The notes under the pieces were generated by a model that worked only from the letters and a program-made list of their open reading frames with translations, made no database searches and was not told where the DNA came from. The translations under genes and the position numbers were made by a program. Positions 1 to 23,780 of a stretch of DNA of 64,000 bases are shown piece by piece (position 1 is the first letter of the stretch; every line of letters starts with the position of its first letter). Origin of the DNA: the human T2T-CHM13v2.0 reference genome, Homo sapiens. The DNA is taken from NCBI RefSeq assembly GCF_009914755.1, contig NC_060925.1, one strand, 5' to 3'.

Positions 1-62
1 TACAGTCCAAGATTAGCTGCTTATTCATCTAAAATAATGGTGATTTCTTATGCTTGTTTTAG

Positions 63-95
63 GATTTGGATGATGTGTTGGAGAAAGCCAAGAAG
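63..95 (+). CDS. TATDN3: TATDN3 coding exon 2 (DLDDVLEKAKK); exon 1 lies upstream of the window
   Basis: ttttag| acceptor and |gtaagt donor; 33 nt, in frame with the downstream exons of a TatD-family nuclease. Confidence 0.93.
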
Positions 96-689
96 GTAAG
101 TCAATATTTGTAATTGCTCTTTTGGTTTTTTATTTTAACTATCATTTCAAGCCAAAACAGCTTGAAATTTAGATATACTACCTTGATGTTTCAGTAGTTT
201 ATAGTAAGTAGCATTTTTTATTTTTATTATTTTATTTATTTATTTATTTATTTATTGAGACAGAGTCTCGCTCTGTCGCCCAGGCTGGAGTGCAGTCGTG
301 TGATCTTAGCTCACTGCAACCTCTGCCTCCAAGGTTCAAGTGATTCTCCTGCCTCAGCCTCCTGAGTAGCTGGGACTATAGGCACACGTCACTGCACCCA
401 GATAATTTTTGTATTTTTAGTAGAGACAGGGTTTCACCATGTTGGCCAGGCTGGTCTTGAACTCCTGACCTGAGGTGATCTGCCCACCTCGACCTCCCAA
501 AGTGCTGAGATTGCAGGCGTGACCCACTACGACCAGCCAATTTTTATTATTTATAATTAAAATAGAGACAAGATCTGACTATATTGCCCAGGCTGGTGTC
601 AAACTTCTGAGCTCAAGCAATCTACCCACCTTGGGCTCCCAAAATGCTGGGATTATAGGCATGCGGCACTGCTCCCAGCCTAAGTAGCA

Positions 690-1350
690 TTTATTAAGTG
701 TTTGCTACATGCCAGGTAGTGAGCTAAGGCCTTTCTCGACTTTACCTCATTCAATGTTTCACAATAGCCTTCTGAGGAAATTACTAATTTATAGCCAATC
801 ATTCCCCATTTTTATAGATGAGGAATCTAAGGCCTAGAGATGAGTAACTGGTCCAAAGACACATGCTAGTGAACTGATAGAGACAAGTTAGTCTGAATTC
901 AAAACATGTTCCTATAGCTACCATGCTCAACAGCCCTATGGAACAAATTGGTCCATCTTTCAGTTTTTAAATTCATGTGGTTCTGGAGATCTGGGATATA
1001 TTATTAAAGTTTTCTGAGATGTTTTGATTTGCTTAGAAAAATTATTTTTTTGGAAGTGTTTATGAAATTCATTGTAACTAGCATTTTGTGGCCATCTCAA
1101 AAAATGATACAGCCAGAAATGGTTGTAGTGCATTTTTACATACAGGTAACTTTCACTGTGGCAGCTTAATTAGGAATGTGGGCTTTGGACATATATAGAC
1201 CTGATGACCTTGGGCAAGTTATTCGACATCCAAAACTCTGTCTCCTGATCTATACAGTAGACTATAGCCTACTTTATAGGTTTCTGTAAATTAAATGAGG
1301 CAATATTTATATTCACTGAACATAAGGTCTGAAACATAGTAAATACTCAA
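690..1350. repeat. Two MIR elements in opposite orientation
   Basis: CCCCATTTT.TAGATGAGGAA.CT.AGGC and GACCTTGGGCAAGTTA MIR cores. Confidence 0.65.
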
Positions 1351-1484
1351 TGATAGCCCTTCTGATTGTATTGATGAAGCATGGCTGAACAAGGATAACT
1401 AAAATGCAGAGAAAACTTTAAAATTTTCTATAATTTATATTAAATGTATATTGTTTGTAACTTTATTCTTTTTTTTTTTTTCAG

Positions 1485-1558
1485 GCCAATGTTGTGGCCC
1501 TTGTGGCAGTTGCCGAACATTCAGGAGAATTTGAAAAGATTATGCAACTTTCAGAAAG
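1485..1558 (+). CDS. TATDN3: TATDN3 coding exon 3 (ANVVALVAVAEHSGEFEKIMQLSER)
   Basis: Poly-T tract + cag| acceptor, |gtgcta donor; frame continuous. Confidence 0.93.
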
Positions 1559-2079
1559 GTGCTACTTTTAATTAAGATTTTAAAGGGTTGCTAATAAGAA
1601 CACAGTTATGACATCCAGTTTATAATATCAAAGATCCATTTTTAAAGAGAATAAAGAGGAAAAAGCATTTTAACATAGCCCTAAAGAGATTATTTTCTAC
1701 TTATTCCTTTTTTTTTTCTTTGAGAGATGGAGTCTTGCTCTGTCACCCAAGCTGGAGTGCAGTGGCGCAATGTTGGCTCACTGCAACCTCTGCCTCCTGG
1801 TTTCAAGCAATTCTCTGCCTCAGCCTCCCAAGTAGCTGGGTCTAAAGCATGCACCACCAGGCCTGGCTAATTTTTATATTTTTTGTAGATACAGGATTTC
1901 ACCATGTTGGCCAGGCTGGTCTCAAACTCCTGGCCTTAAGTGATCCACCTGGTTCAGCCTCCCAAAGTGCTGGAATTACAGACATAAGCCACCATGCCCG
2001 GCCTCTACTTATTCTTTAGAATACGTTGTAATCTACTAGTCTACTGTTCCTGCTTTCTCAGTTGGTTCTACATTTTTAG

Positions 2080-2164
2080 GTATAATGGGTTTGTCCTGCC
2101 ATGCTTGGGTGTTCATCCAGTTCAAGGACTTCCACCAGAAGACCAAAGAAGTGTCACACTAAAG
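2080..2164 (+). CDS. TATDN3: TATDN3 coding exon 4 (YNGFVLPCLGVHPVQGLPPEDQRSVTLK)
   Basis: TatD GxHP motif; ttttag| and |gtaaca splice sites; seen in ORF 1994..2194. Confidence 0.95.
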
Positions 2165-3106
2165 GTAACAGTCATACAAAACAGGAACCATTAAAAACAA
2201 ACAAACGAAAGAATTATTTGACTCAGTAATCCTCCTCTTTCTAATTTATATTCTCAGGAAATAATCCAAAAGAAGGAAACATTACCTTCTTTAACAAAGA
2301 TGTTTGTTGCAACATTATTCGTAATAGAGAAAAAGTAGAAACAGCCTAGAGGTTCAGAAACAAAGGAATCATTAGTTAAGTTGTAGAGTGTTAAATATAA
2401 TGCATTTATAGAAAATGAGGATTATAAAGTATTATAGCACATGGAAAATACTTACTGTATAATATAGGGAGAAAAGCAGGATACCAAATAGCATATTCAC
2501 TATGAGTGACATCTACATAAGCATATATTCATAAGGAAAAGACTGCAGAGAAAACACAGAAATGATAGTAATTGTGATGATCTGTTAGAATTATCTGTAA
2601 CTTTTTTCACATTTTTTTGGTACTGTAGTCATGTTGCTTTGGCAAAAAAGTGATAGAATATCTAGAAAAAGAAAGATACAAATTCAGAGGTGCCATATAC
2701 TATTAGGGAACAGATTAGTTCAAGTAAGTAGTATTATCTTTGAACATAGAACCATTGTTACAGGATTGCTCTCCAGCTATTAAATTGCACTGATTTTGTA
2801 CCCTCTCTAAAAACATCCTACCCGCACTGACTCACGATAGTTGGTATGTCTTATATTTCACACTTGTCTCCTGACTCAGCATCAGGAAGATCCACAGTTT
2901 CATGAGTGTTTTATTGCATAATGGGTTTGATAGCCCCATTTCAAAGAAGTAATGACTTTTTGTTACCTATGAATAAATTAAGATATAGTGCCATTTAAAA
3001 AATAATAATGTAGGCTGGACACAGTGGCTCGTGCCTGTAATCCCAGCACTTTGGTAGGCTGAGGTGGGTGGATCATGAGGTCAGGAGATTGAGACCTTCC
3101 TGGCTA

Positions 3107-3398
<292 letters not shown>

Positions 3399-3689
3399 TC
3401 ACACCTGTAATCCTAACACTTTGGGAGGCCGAGATGGGAGGACCACTTGAGCTCAGGAGTTCAAGACCAGCCTGGGCAACATGGACGCTATCTCTCAAAA
3501 ACTCAAAAAAAAAAAAAAAAAAAAAGAAAAGAAAATTCATTCATTTCAGGTAAAAATGCTTATCCTGTAGCTATCCTGAATTGTTAAGTATGATAAAATT
3601 AGCTACATTGCCAATCACAATTCTACAAATGTGGAATCATAGCAAGGCAGCACTTCTTTCATTTATGTGGGGATTTATACTAATAGACA

Positions 3690-4445
3690 TTCATTTAGTT
3701 AGGTAGTCAACCAGTGTGTACTGAGCACCTGCTACATGCCAGGCACTGCTGTCAGCACTGCAGACCCAATAATGAGTAAGATCCTGCTCATGGAAGCTAG
3801 ATTCTAGATGGCCCAGACAGACAGTCAACAATTACATGAGCAGGAAAACTTTCGATAGCACTAAGTGCTTTGAAGACAGTAAAACAAGATTATATAGTAG
3901 GTGTTGTGAATGCTGATTGTTAGATGATATCATCAAGGAAGGACTCTGGTAGTGACAATTGAGCTGCAACCTGAATGCTACAAAGGAACTGGCCATGCAA
4001 AGAGAGGATCAGGGTGTTATGTGCAAAGGAAACAGCAAAGCACAAAGGTCCCAAGGTAGGAATAAGCTCAGTGTAGTCAAGAAACAGAAAGAGGGCTCAT
4101 ATGGCTAGAGGAAGAGAGGAAGTGATAGTGATGGGGTAAGAGGGATGGGTGGAGATCTCATACAGGACCTTGTTGGATTTTAGTTTACATGCAGTGGAGG
4201 GTTTAATGTGAGAAGTACCAAGACGTAATTTATGTTTTAAAAAGATCCTCTTGGCTCTGGCCAAAATGAGTTTGGTGAAGAAAAAAAACCCCTTGGCTAA
4301 GGTATGAAGAGTGAGTTTTGAAGAGGGTAAAAAATGAAAAGGGGAAAAAGTTAGAAGGCTACAAATGATGCTGGATGGGACCAGAGTACTAGCATTGGAG
4401 GTAGAGAAATGGGTGGATTTGGCATATATTTGGCATTAATATAGA
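3690..4445 (-). mobile_element. L2 fragment
   Basis: CATTCATT..ACTGAGCACCT.CTA..TGCCAGGCACTG L2 3' end followed by purine-rich body. Confidence 0.65.
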
Positions 4446-4529
4446 ATTGATTGGACTGGTTAACTTACCAAAGTAATTAATATGCCAACAGTATGATAGG
4501 TACTTCTTTTTTTTTTTTTTTTGAGATAG

Positions 4530-4628
<99 letters not shown>

Positions 4629-4671
4629 TGAGTAGCTGGGATTACAGGCATGCACCACTACACCCGGCTAA

Positions 4672-4818
<147 letters not shown>

Positions 4819-5195
4819 TGATTATCAAAGCAGATATGAACTTATCAAATGTTGTGATAATACTCTGGAATAGACTAGAGATGAGCAGAGTTAGCCCTAT
4901 TTTATTCCAGTTGCACTTGTAGTCCATACTGCAGTTTAGTTTTCTCCTGCTGATTAGATTATAAACCCCTTTAAAACAGGAAGTATGCCTCATTGCACCT
5001 TTACAGGCTTCTAAAATATGTGGTACAAAGCTAGGTATGTAGTAAGTATTCATCAAATTAACTTGTTTTATAAGATGAATTACCTAGTATCACACAAACC
5101 TTTTAACATATTCCTGAATTAATTAATTCATTCAATAAATACTATTACCAGGCACAGTTTAGGCACTGGGGATAAACCACAATGAACTGTGGTGA

Positions 5196-5406
5196 ACAAA
5201 TGATGCTGGACGGGACCAGAGTACTAGCATTGGAGGTAGAGAAATGGGTGGATTTGGCATATATTTGGCATTAATATAGAATTGATTGGACTGGTTAACT
5301 TACCAAAGTAATTAATATGCCAACAGTATGATAGGTACTTCTTTTTTTTTTTTTTTTTGAGATAGAATCTTGCTCTGTCACCCAGGCTGGAGTGCAGTGG
5401 CGCCAT
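5196..5406 (+). repeat. Near-identical ~210-bp dispersed duplicate of 4361-4570
   Basis: Two substitutions and one T-run length difference by eye. Confidence 0.95.
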
Positions 5407-6003
5407 AATACAATTCACTGGCGGCATTCTGCTGCCCCTGCATGGAGGGTATTTGCTCTCCAGTTAGCTACTGTTTCTACTTGTTCCACTTTACTAATTT
5501 CTGTTAAACACTTGACCCCTGTTCTAAAGGTTCTGAAGACTAAACATTTTCTATAATAAAAAAATCTATTGTAATTATTTAAAATCATTCTGAATAAATC
5601 TCTTCTCCTCCTTTGATCCCTTTTGCCCTCCTTCCTTCTTTCATTCATTCCCTTTTTTGTCCCTTCTTCCTTTCTTCTTTCAGCAGCATGGTGGAAACAG
5701 CATGCATGAGCTTTGAAGTCAGAGGGACCTGGCCTACTGACTTCTGTGATCTGTGGCACATTACTTACCTTTGCCAAGTCTGATTTCCTCATTTGTAAAT
5801 AATGAATAATTATATAGTAGTATTATGCCCAATCATAAGGTATAGGGGTATGTAATCTTTTTTTTTTTTTTTTTACAAAAACCGTAATAGGGTGGGGTGC
5901 CATGGCTGACTCCTGTAATCCCATCACTTTGGGAGGCTGAGGTGGGAAGATTGCTTGAGGCCAGAAGTTGGAGACCAGCCTAGGCAACATACACAAAAAT
6001 TTA

Positions 6004-6204
<201 letters not shown>

Positions 6205-6755
6205 TTAAGGAACTTGAGACCTTATGAAGGGAGTGGGGATAGAACTGAGGGCAGAAATAGACCTGTAAATAGCCTTATAAATATGTTTACATCTACTAAA
6301 ATAAAATGACAAAGACCACACACACAAATAAATTTGTACATATTAAATAAGTAATATGAATTATATTCTACTATTAATTTCTACTTATCATTCTTGACTT
6401 GCTGAAAGCTTCCAGATCTATTTTATTAGGAGTTTGAATAGTCTCACTGTAAATCTGTTTTGCTTTTTCATAGGTAATACATATTCCAAGAGGCATGGTT
6501 TTTTCTTCATCTGATCTTCCTCCAACTGTGTAATTTCTGTGACTCAGGCTTTCTAAGTGTTAGACATTTCCTGGGTGATTTCTCCTACTTCTCCAGTCCC
6601 TCTGAGATCTCAGAGACATACAGTAGTTTGGATGTGTGATATGGAAAAAGCTTTGCCTGGAACTGTTTAACCTACTCAGCTTGTTGTCAAATAGCTTTTC
6701 TGACATCTAGGGTCATATACCCATCATTTTTCATGACAATGTTAATTCTTCTTCC

Positions 6756-6820
6756 AGTCTACTAGAATATATTTCAAGTCTACTAGAATATATTTCAAGT
6801 CTACTAGAATATATTTCAAG
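6756..6820. repeat. Perfect 3 x 21-bp tandem repeat AGTCTACTAGAATATATTTCA
   Basis: Units at 6756, 6777 and 6798. Confidence 0.97.
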
Positions 6821-7668
6821 GCCTTAACTTACCCTCCTTCATCTTTGTTCTCTCTCTCTCATAGTTGTAAAATCTACTCCTGTTCCTCTATCATCTGCTT
6901 TACCTTCCTTTTCTTAATTCTCTCTTGTTCTGATTATCCTCAGGAGAAATGCTTTGCAATTTATATATCCTGAAACTAAAATTTGCAATGTAGTCTAAAA
7001 GGTATCTAGAAGCAATTTTCCATATATTTATTTTCCCTGCCTAAGAAGGGAACCCTACAGGGCAAATTCTCCTCAGTGGAAAAGGTAATATCATTGAAAC
7101 TAATGGTACACAGCTACTTCAATATTTAACAAGCATATATGAGATACTCATTGTTTATATTGCTGGGCATCTAGAACAAGTAGTCAAAGCAGGGCTATAA
7201 AGACAAATGAAATCAGTGAAAACAGTGCAAAGGAAGTATGGGATTATCATTATAAACTCACCAACCAGACGAATTCTAAGGGGAGAACACAACAATGCAA
7301 TCGCAAAGCTCACATGCAGAGATGACTCCCTGGTGGTTTGCCTCTCTTTTTCTTAGTGATTTCAGAATGTCCAAATGCCTCCTAAATGTCAGGAAATACC
7401 TCCCAAACAGAAGGCCATGTTTAAGTGGCGCTCTTCATAAAAAGTCATATTCTTGTAACCCGAATGGGTATGGGATATGTTTCTACTCAAACTTACAGGT
7501 AGAGGTACTCACCATTTTAGAAGGATTACTATTGGTAGTTTTTTGACTGCTTAAATGGATTAAATGTATGTAAAGCACCAGGATGGCATAGCACCTAGCA
7601 CATAATAGGAGCTTGTGAAATAGCAGTTCCTTTCTTCCATTTTAACAATTTTACTTTTTTTCTCCCAG

Positions 7669-7731
7669 GATTTGGATGTAGCTTTGCCCATTATTGAGAA
7701 TTATAAGGATCGGTTGTTGGCAATTGGAGAG
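7669..7731 (+). CDS. TATDN3: TATDN3 coding exon 5 (DLDVALPIIENYKDRLLAIGE)
   Basis: cccag| and |gtaaac; ends in the first half of the TatD AIGE-xGLD motif. Confidence 0.95.
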
Positions 7732-8145
7732 GTAAACACCCACTAACTGATCAAACAGCTTCTAATTCAGACTTCTATATGATATATGAAAATAATCTTT
7801 AGTTCAGTATTGGTGATTATAACTGACTTGTATAATTATGTTCACCCCACTTAGCCAAATAATAATTCGTTGATACTTCTTTAATAAGCAAGAAAGCTTG
7901 GGGATGAAACAATCAAAAGCCTTACCATAGGCCTACCTTAATTGGAGAAAAATAATAGCATTTCTAAATACTTTGCTTTTTTTTTCTTATGCTTAAATAT
8001 GGGTCCTTGCTCTGGTGAGTTAATATAGTATCTATAATTCTTCATAAGTAATTTAGAAACACACTTTAAATGGGCTAGAGTTTGTAATTAAAGAACTTTT
8101 TTATTTAAATAATTTATAATTGTGAATTTTTTTTTTTTTTTTTGA

Positions 8146-8313
<168 letters not shown>

Positions 8314-8587
8314 TAATTTTTTTGTATTTTTAGTAGAGACGGGGTTTCACCATGTTGGCCAGGCTGGTCTTGGACACCTGGCCTCAAGTAATCCACCCAC
8401 CTTCGCCTCCCAAAGTGCTGGGATTACAGGCTTGAGCAATCGTGCCCGGCCAATTGTGAAATATTTTTATTACTTGGTAATAAATTCCATTTTTAATTAG
8501 AGACAAAAGATAAGAATAACACTTAAATTCAGAATATAGATTATAGAATGCATGCCAAAATAGTCCCAGGAGGAGTCATCTATAGTC

Positions 8588-9222
8588 TGTGCCGTCCAAT
8601 ATAGTGGCCACTTAACGGCTTCTGAGCATTTGAAATGTGACTGCTCTGAATTAAGATGTGTTGTAAGTGTAAAATACACTGTGTATTTCAAAGTTTTAGT
8701 ACCAAAAAGAAAAAAAAAAAAGGCTGGGCACAGTGGTTCACACCTGTAATCCCAGCACCTTGGGAGGCTAAGGCGGGCTGATCACTTGAGGTCAGGAATT
8801 TGAGACCAGCCTGACCAACATGGTAAAACCTTGTCTCTACTAAAAACACAAAAATTAGCCGGGCGTGGTAGCAGGCACCTGTAATCCCAGCTACTCAGGA
8901 AGCTGAGGCAAGAGAATCGCCTGAACCCAGGAGGCAGAGGTTGAAGTGAGCCGAGATCACGCCACTGCACTCCATCCTGGGCAACAGAGCCACACTCCGT
9001 CTCAACAAAACAAACAAAAAAAAAGGAATATAAAATAACTCAATATTTTATATTGGCTACATGTTTAAAATAATAATATTTGGGATATATTGGGTTAAAG
9101 TATATTATTAAGATTGATTTCACCTGTTTTTGTGAATATTTTTAATGTGGCTACTAGAATTAATATTTTTATGTGGCTTGCTTTTGTGCCTCACATTATA
9201 TATTTCTATTGGATAGCATCAA
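8588..9222. mobile_element. MER33/MER3-like hAT element split by an Alu (8722-9025)
   Basis: Termini GTCCAATA... and ...TATTGGA.AGC; internal TGTAAGTGTAAAATACAC. Confidence 0.65.
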
Positions 9223-9287
9223 TCCAAAGATCTCTTTTGAGGTTCCTTAAACCTAAATATGTAATATCTTTTATTTTTCTGCTCTAG

Positions 9288-9397
9288 GTTGGACTAGATT
9301 TCTCCCCCAGATTTGCTGGCACTGGTGAACAGAAGGAAGAGCAAAGACAAGTCCTAATCAGACAGATCCAGTTAGCCAAAAGACTAAATTTGCCTGT
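9288..9397 (+). CDS. TATDN3: TATDN3 coding exon 6 ([37 protein letters not shown])
   Basis: ctag| and |gtaggt; GLD motif and TatD helix pattern. Confidence 0.95.
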
Positions 9398-9563
9398 GTA
9401 GGTTAATTATTTTCCTATGTTAATAGCTATAGAGCAAATTAAATAATGATCAGAGTTCTCCTGAAATGGAACTCTACATTTATTTTTCTCCAAACTACTT
9501 TAATAGATCAAAAACAATACTTTCAGAATGGTACTTAAAAGAAATGTTGTTATCGTTAAACAG

Positions 9564-9619
9564 AAATGTGCACTCACGCTCTGCTGGAAGACCTACCATC
9601 AACCTTTTACAAGAGCAAG
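9564..9619 (+). CDS. TATDN3: TATDN3 coding exon 7 (NVHSRSAGRPTINLLQEQG)
   Basis: aacag| and |gtattt; TatD HxR motif; seen in ORF 9466..9663. Confidence 0.93.
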
Positions 9620-9888
9620 GTATTTCGTTTCCTGAGAAAAATAGGCCTAATGTTCAAGTTTGACAATTCCAGTTTATGTTCTCATAAAGCAAGCCATGTT
9701 TTAATCTGATTTCTTGAAGGGCAGGGGCAAGAAGGGGGGCAGAAATCATCTAAGATGATGTTGCAGGTCAGGCTATTGTTTACAAGGTTTTCAGTGTAAT
9801 TATGATATTTCCCAGGCCCAGATAGAGTAAATGAAAAGTTGAATACAATAATTTATGTCCCTTAATTTAAAAATTAGCAGCTTCATAA

Positions 9889-10539
<651 letters not shown>

Positions 10540-11321
10540 TAATCAGCTCAATCAGCTGATTAATGGGGAAAAGGTTAAAAAAAAGAAGGGCAATCACAGC
10601 AATCACATTGCGTCACTGTTTTTTTATGTTTTATAGCTGCTACTTCAGAAATGCAGAATTTACAGAAATGCAGAAATACAGATTTTGGCCATCATACATA
10701 CACACTCTCTTCTTTGCCAGTTGTTCCTAAAGTAAAATTACATCTTATGGCATTATTTTTCAATATTTTAAAGGTGCCATCCGCAGTAAGAAATATAGTT
10801 TATTTTGAGACTCATATTTACATAAAGAAAGCTAACAAAAGTTTAACAAGCAATCCACATATGTGTGTGTACGTATAGGTATGTAAGTGTGTGCTACATA
10901 CACACATACATATAAGCACTCATTGGTTGTGCTTATGAAACTAAACTAAGTTGGTTTCATAACTCACTTATGTTCAGAACCGTCTAATAGTCATTCATAC
11001 CATTTGAAAAAACTCTGTCAAATAATAAAGTAAATGAAATTGCCTGCAACTAGAAATCAGTGATGAATAGTTCTGGAGTCACTGAAAGCATGATTTTTAT
11101 GCAGGCTGAGCAGCTACCCTTTAATAACTGGGGATAGTTTTATGAAGTCCACTCTGACTATTGAGTTTGTGTCACTTAGTTCCCCATTTCTTCTTTCACT
11201 AGCATTTTTGTTAAGATAATCCATTTGACTGCTTAAAAACCTCCTGTTAGAAACAATTAGCTCACAGACTTCTAGAAAAGGTCTGATGGTGCAGAAAATT
11301 TATATTTGTCTTTAAAATTGA

Positions 11322-12098
<777 letters not shown>

Positions 12099-12709
12099 TA
12101 GTAGAGATGGGGTTTCACCATGCTAGTCAGGCTTGTCTTGAACTCCTGACCTCAGGTGATCGCCCACCTCGGCCTCCCAAAGTGCTGGGATTACAGACGT
12201 GAGCCACTGCGCCCGGACTATATGTTTTTATTAGTTTATTTTTTGAGACAGAGTCTCACTCCGATGCCCAGCCTAGAGTGCAGTGGTGCGATCACAGCTC
12301 ACTGCAGCCTTGACATCTCAGACTCAGGTGATCCTCCCACCTTAGCTTCCCGAGTAGCTGGGACTACAGGCCTGCACCACCATGCCCAGCTAAATTTTGT
12401 ATTTTTTGTAGAGACGGGGTTTCACCATGTTGGCCAGGCTGGTTTCGAACTCCTGGGCTCAAGTGATCTGCCTGCCTTGGCCTCCTAAAGTTCTGGGATT
12501 ACAAGTGTGAGCCACTGTGCCTGGCCTAAAATTTACTATATTTTTATTCCACTCTTTGAACACCGTACATTTATCCGCCCTTTAGAAGTTATAGAACCTC
12601 TTGTTTATATCCTAGTGACCAACATTTACTTAAAATTTCAGACTTCTGTTATTTAATTTGATTGATGGGACATAAAATGGAATACTGCCTTATCTTTCAT
12701 TTTTGAAAG

Positions 12710-12822
12710 GTGCTGAGAAGGTACTGCTGCATGCATTTGATGGTCGGCCATCTGTAGCCATGGAAGGAGTAAGAGCTGGGTACTTCTTCTCAATTCCCCC
12801 TTCTATCATAAGAAGTGGACAG
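12710..12822 (+). CDS. TATDN3: TATDN3 coding exon 8 ([37 protein letters not shown])
   Basis: aaag| and |gtaaat; TatD H-x-F-x-G motif. Confidence 0.95.
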
Positions 12823-12924
12823 GTAAATTTTTTCATTGAAACTCATCTAATACTTATGAAATAAAATTTAAAACATGAGCTTTTCTTCCATACTTGTGAT
12901 ACTATTCTAGTTACATTACAAAAA

Positions 12925-14372
12925 TTAATCTTAGGTCTCTACCTCACATATATATAAAAATGAACTCAGAAATTGATCAAAGACTTAAATATAAAACCAA
13001 ATAAGGCCAGGCTCAGGGGCTCACGCTTGTAATCCCAGCACTTTGGAAGGCTGAAGCGGGTAGATCACCTGAGGCCAGGAGTTCGAAACCAGCCTGGCCA
13101 ACATGGTGAAACCCCGTCCCTACTAAAAATACAAAAATTAGCTGGGCGTGGTGGCATGTGCTTGTAATCCCAGCTACTTGGGAGGGTGAGGCAGGAGAAT
13201 CGCTTGAACCAGGAGGTGGAGGTTGCAGTGAGCCAAGATCAAGCCATTGCACTCCAGCCTGGTCAACAAGGGCGAAACTCCATCTCAAAAAAAAAAAAAA
13301 AACTAAAAATTCTTAGAGGAAAACAGGCCTTAATTTGTGTGACTCCTTGATTAGGCTGTGGCTTCTTAGATAGGTCATTAAAATCGTAAGCAACCAAAGA
13401 AAAAAACAAATTTATTGGACATAATCAAAATTTAAAATGTTCACAATAAAAAATTTAAGACTTATAATTCAAAGCACATTATCAAAAAAGTGAAAATACA
13501 ACCCATAGAAAGATAAAAAATATTTTCAAGCCATGTATCTGATAAGGGTCTAGTATCCAGAATATATAAAGCACCATTACAACTCAATAAAAAGACAAAT
13601 AACCTGATTAAAATATGTGCAAATTATTTAAATTAGATATTTCTCTAAAGAAAACATACAAATGGCCAATAAGCTCATAAAAAGACGCTCAACCTCATTA
13701 GCCATTTTGGAAATAGAAATCAAAGGTACAGTGAGAGATACAACTTCATACCACTAAGTTTGGAGTTCCTTAGAAACTTAATAAAATTACCATGTGACCC
13801 AGCAATTCCACCCCTAGGTAGATACCCAAAAGAGATTAAAACATATGTCCACACAAAAACTTGTACATAAATGTTTATAGCAGCATTATTCATAATAGCC
13901 AAAAAGTAGAAACAACCTAGATTTCCGTCAGCTGATGAATGGATAAATAAAATGTGCTATATCCATATAATGGAATATAAAGTCATAAAAAGGAATGAAG
14001 AGGAATAAAGTCATGAAAAGAAATGAAGTACTGAGTCATGCTACAGCATGGATGAACCTTGAAAACATTATACTAAGAGAAAGCAACCAGACGAAAAACC
14101 ACATCTTGTATTATTCCATTCATGTGAAATGTCCAGGTGAGGCAGATCTATAAACACAATATAGATTAGTGGTTTCCAGAATTTTGAGGGGAAGGATAAT
14201 AGGGAGTGACAGCTAATGGGTATGGGATTTCTTTTTGGAGTGATGAAAATATTCCAGAACTAGATAATGGTGATGATTGTACAATTTTGTGAATATAGCA
14301 AAAAACACTGGATTGTGTACTTTTAAAGAGTGAATATTATGGTTATGTGAATTATAGCTTTAAAAATTAAAA
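12925..14372 (+). mobile_element. Old L1M(B) 3' fragment with an Alu at ~13005-13300
   Basis: Decayed ORF2 end and L1MB-type 3'UTR (GATGAATGGATAAA.AAAATGTG; GGATGAACCTTGAAAACATTA). Confidence 0.8.
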
Positions 14373-14376
14373 ACTA

Positions 14377-19110
<4,734 letters not shown>

Positions 19111-19987
19111 TAATAAACATACTTTTCTTCATCATGTTTAATAACTGCATAATATTCCAGTATGTGAGTTTACCATATTTAACTTGCTATTGGTCATCTA
19201 GATTGTATTATAAACAACATGATTAACATAAATCTCTATGCCCATTTTTAATTTTTTTGGGCTACATTACCAAAGTGCATTTTAAAAATTTTAACAATAA
19301 TGTTATTCTTCTGAACATTATCATCCTGAGTAGATACTTATTGATAGTAACAATAATAATTTATTTCATAAAATCTAAATGCTACTGATTGTAGAGGCAC
19401 CATTGTTTACCATTGTTTTATGACCATTAAGAAAGAAAAAACACTGCCAGTTATACTATGAAATACCACTGAATCTAAATGAAATATACTGTATCAATTT
19501 CAGAGATGTTAAAATAGGAGAGGAAATGCATCTTAGAATCAGTGAAATGCCAGTACATAATCTATTTCATCTTTCCAATACATGTTGGCAATTCTTGAAT
19601 CAAACTGTCATGTAGCCTGTGAGGTAGGCGGCCAAGCAGCAGAGCAGTGACCTTTTACAAGCATTCACCTAAGCAACAAACCAAAGGACAATTAATCCAT
19701 TAGTCAGGCAGGTTACCAGGTGTTCACTGTTTGCAGACTGCTTCATGTGCTAGGAGCTAGGGACTTCAATTGTAAATACCCCAGGGTTCTTTTCAGGAGC
19801 AGCACAGATTTACAATCAACATTGCAGCCACACCTCCCTCCCAGCCCTCATCCCCACCTAAAAAGAAAAAAATTAAAAAGGAGCCCATCAGTTGTTTTTA
19901 CCAACTCATTTTCTTCTATCTATAGTCTCCAAGGATCTGCTTCCCTTCAGTGTCATGTTTGACATGGTGTCTGCTGTCTTGTTTCAG

Positions 19988-20131
19988 GTACGGAATGAGC
20001 CCTGGAACATTTCTATTTCAGCAGAATATATTGCCCAGGTGAAAGGGATCTCAGTGGAAGAAGTTATAGAAGTGACGACACAGAATGCATTAAAACTGTT
20101 TCCTAAGCTCCGACACTTGCTCCAGAAATAG
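19988..20131 (+). CDS. TATDN3: TATDN3 last coding exon ([47 protein letters not shown])
   Basis: tttcag| acceptor; TatD C-terminal RNEP and TTxNAxxLF motifs; TAG stop. Confidence 0.96.
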   Translation, partial: VRNEPWNISISAEYIAQVKGISVEEVIEVTTQNALKLFPKLRHLLQK

Positions 20132-21650
<1,519 letters not shown>

Positions 21651-22142
21651 AAGAATCAAAACTAGGTCAGATTGTCCAAACCAGACTAAGAAACTGAATA
21701 GGGTATTTTATGAGGTATTTAATGACTCATCAGCACCATTTTAAATGAAATTCCTACATTTAACAGGAGATTATATTAAAACTGGACTTTTAAGCTCTCT
21801 TCCAACTCTGTATTTCTTTTCCCTATTTCCTACCTTCTGTACACATACCCTTTGTCAGACTCTTACCATTAAATCGTTTAAGGTTCAAGTTAAATTACTT
21901 CATCTTGCCTCATCACCCAGCCAGACATGATCTTTGCCCTCTAAATTGTTTAGCCATTTTCTTCATGTATTCATCCATTTGTTTGTTTCAGTTATTAAGC
22001 CCCTCCTCCTATAGGCTGCCCACTAGTCTAGGTTCCTAGGTTACAAAGATGAATAAGATATGATCTTTGCCCTCAGTTCACAATTTAATCAAGGAGATAG
22101 CCAAGTGGACAAATAATTTCATAGCAATGTGAGAAGTGCTAT

Positions 22143-23276
<1,134 letters not shown>

Positions 23277-23393
23277 CTATAGCAATGTAGAACAAAGTAC
23301 TATAAACCAGTTCGTTGACACTTTCACATATTCCTTTTGACTATAGCTACCTGTGTATGTGTTTTCCATCTTTAGAAATTGCAAGCCTTTTGA

Positions 23394-23780
<387 letters not shown>

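Noticed and set aside
13972-14028. ~28-bp imperfect tandem duplication; similar small duplications at 8172-8220 and 42092-42182
   Set aside because: Ordinary slippage events inside repeats or AT-rich DNA with no evident function.
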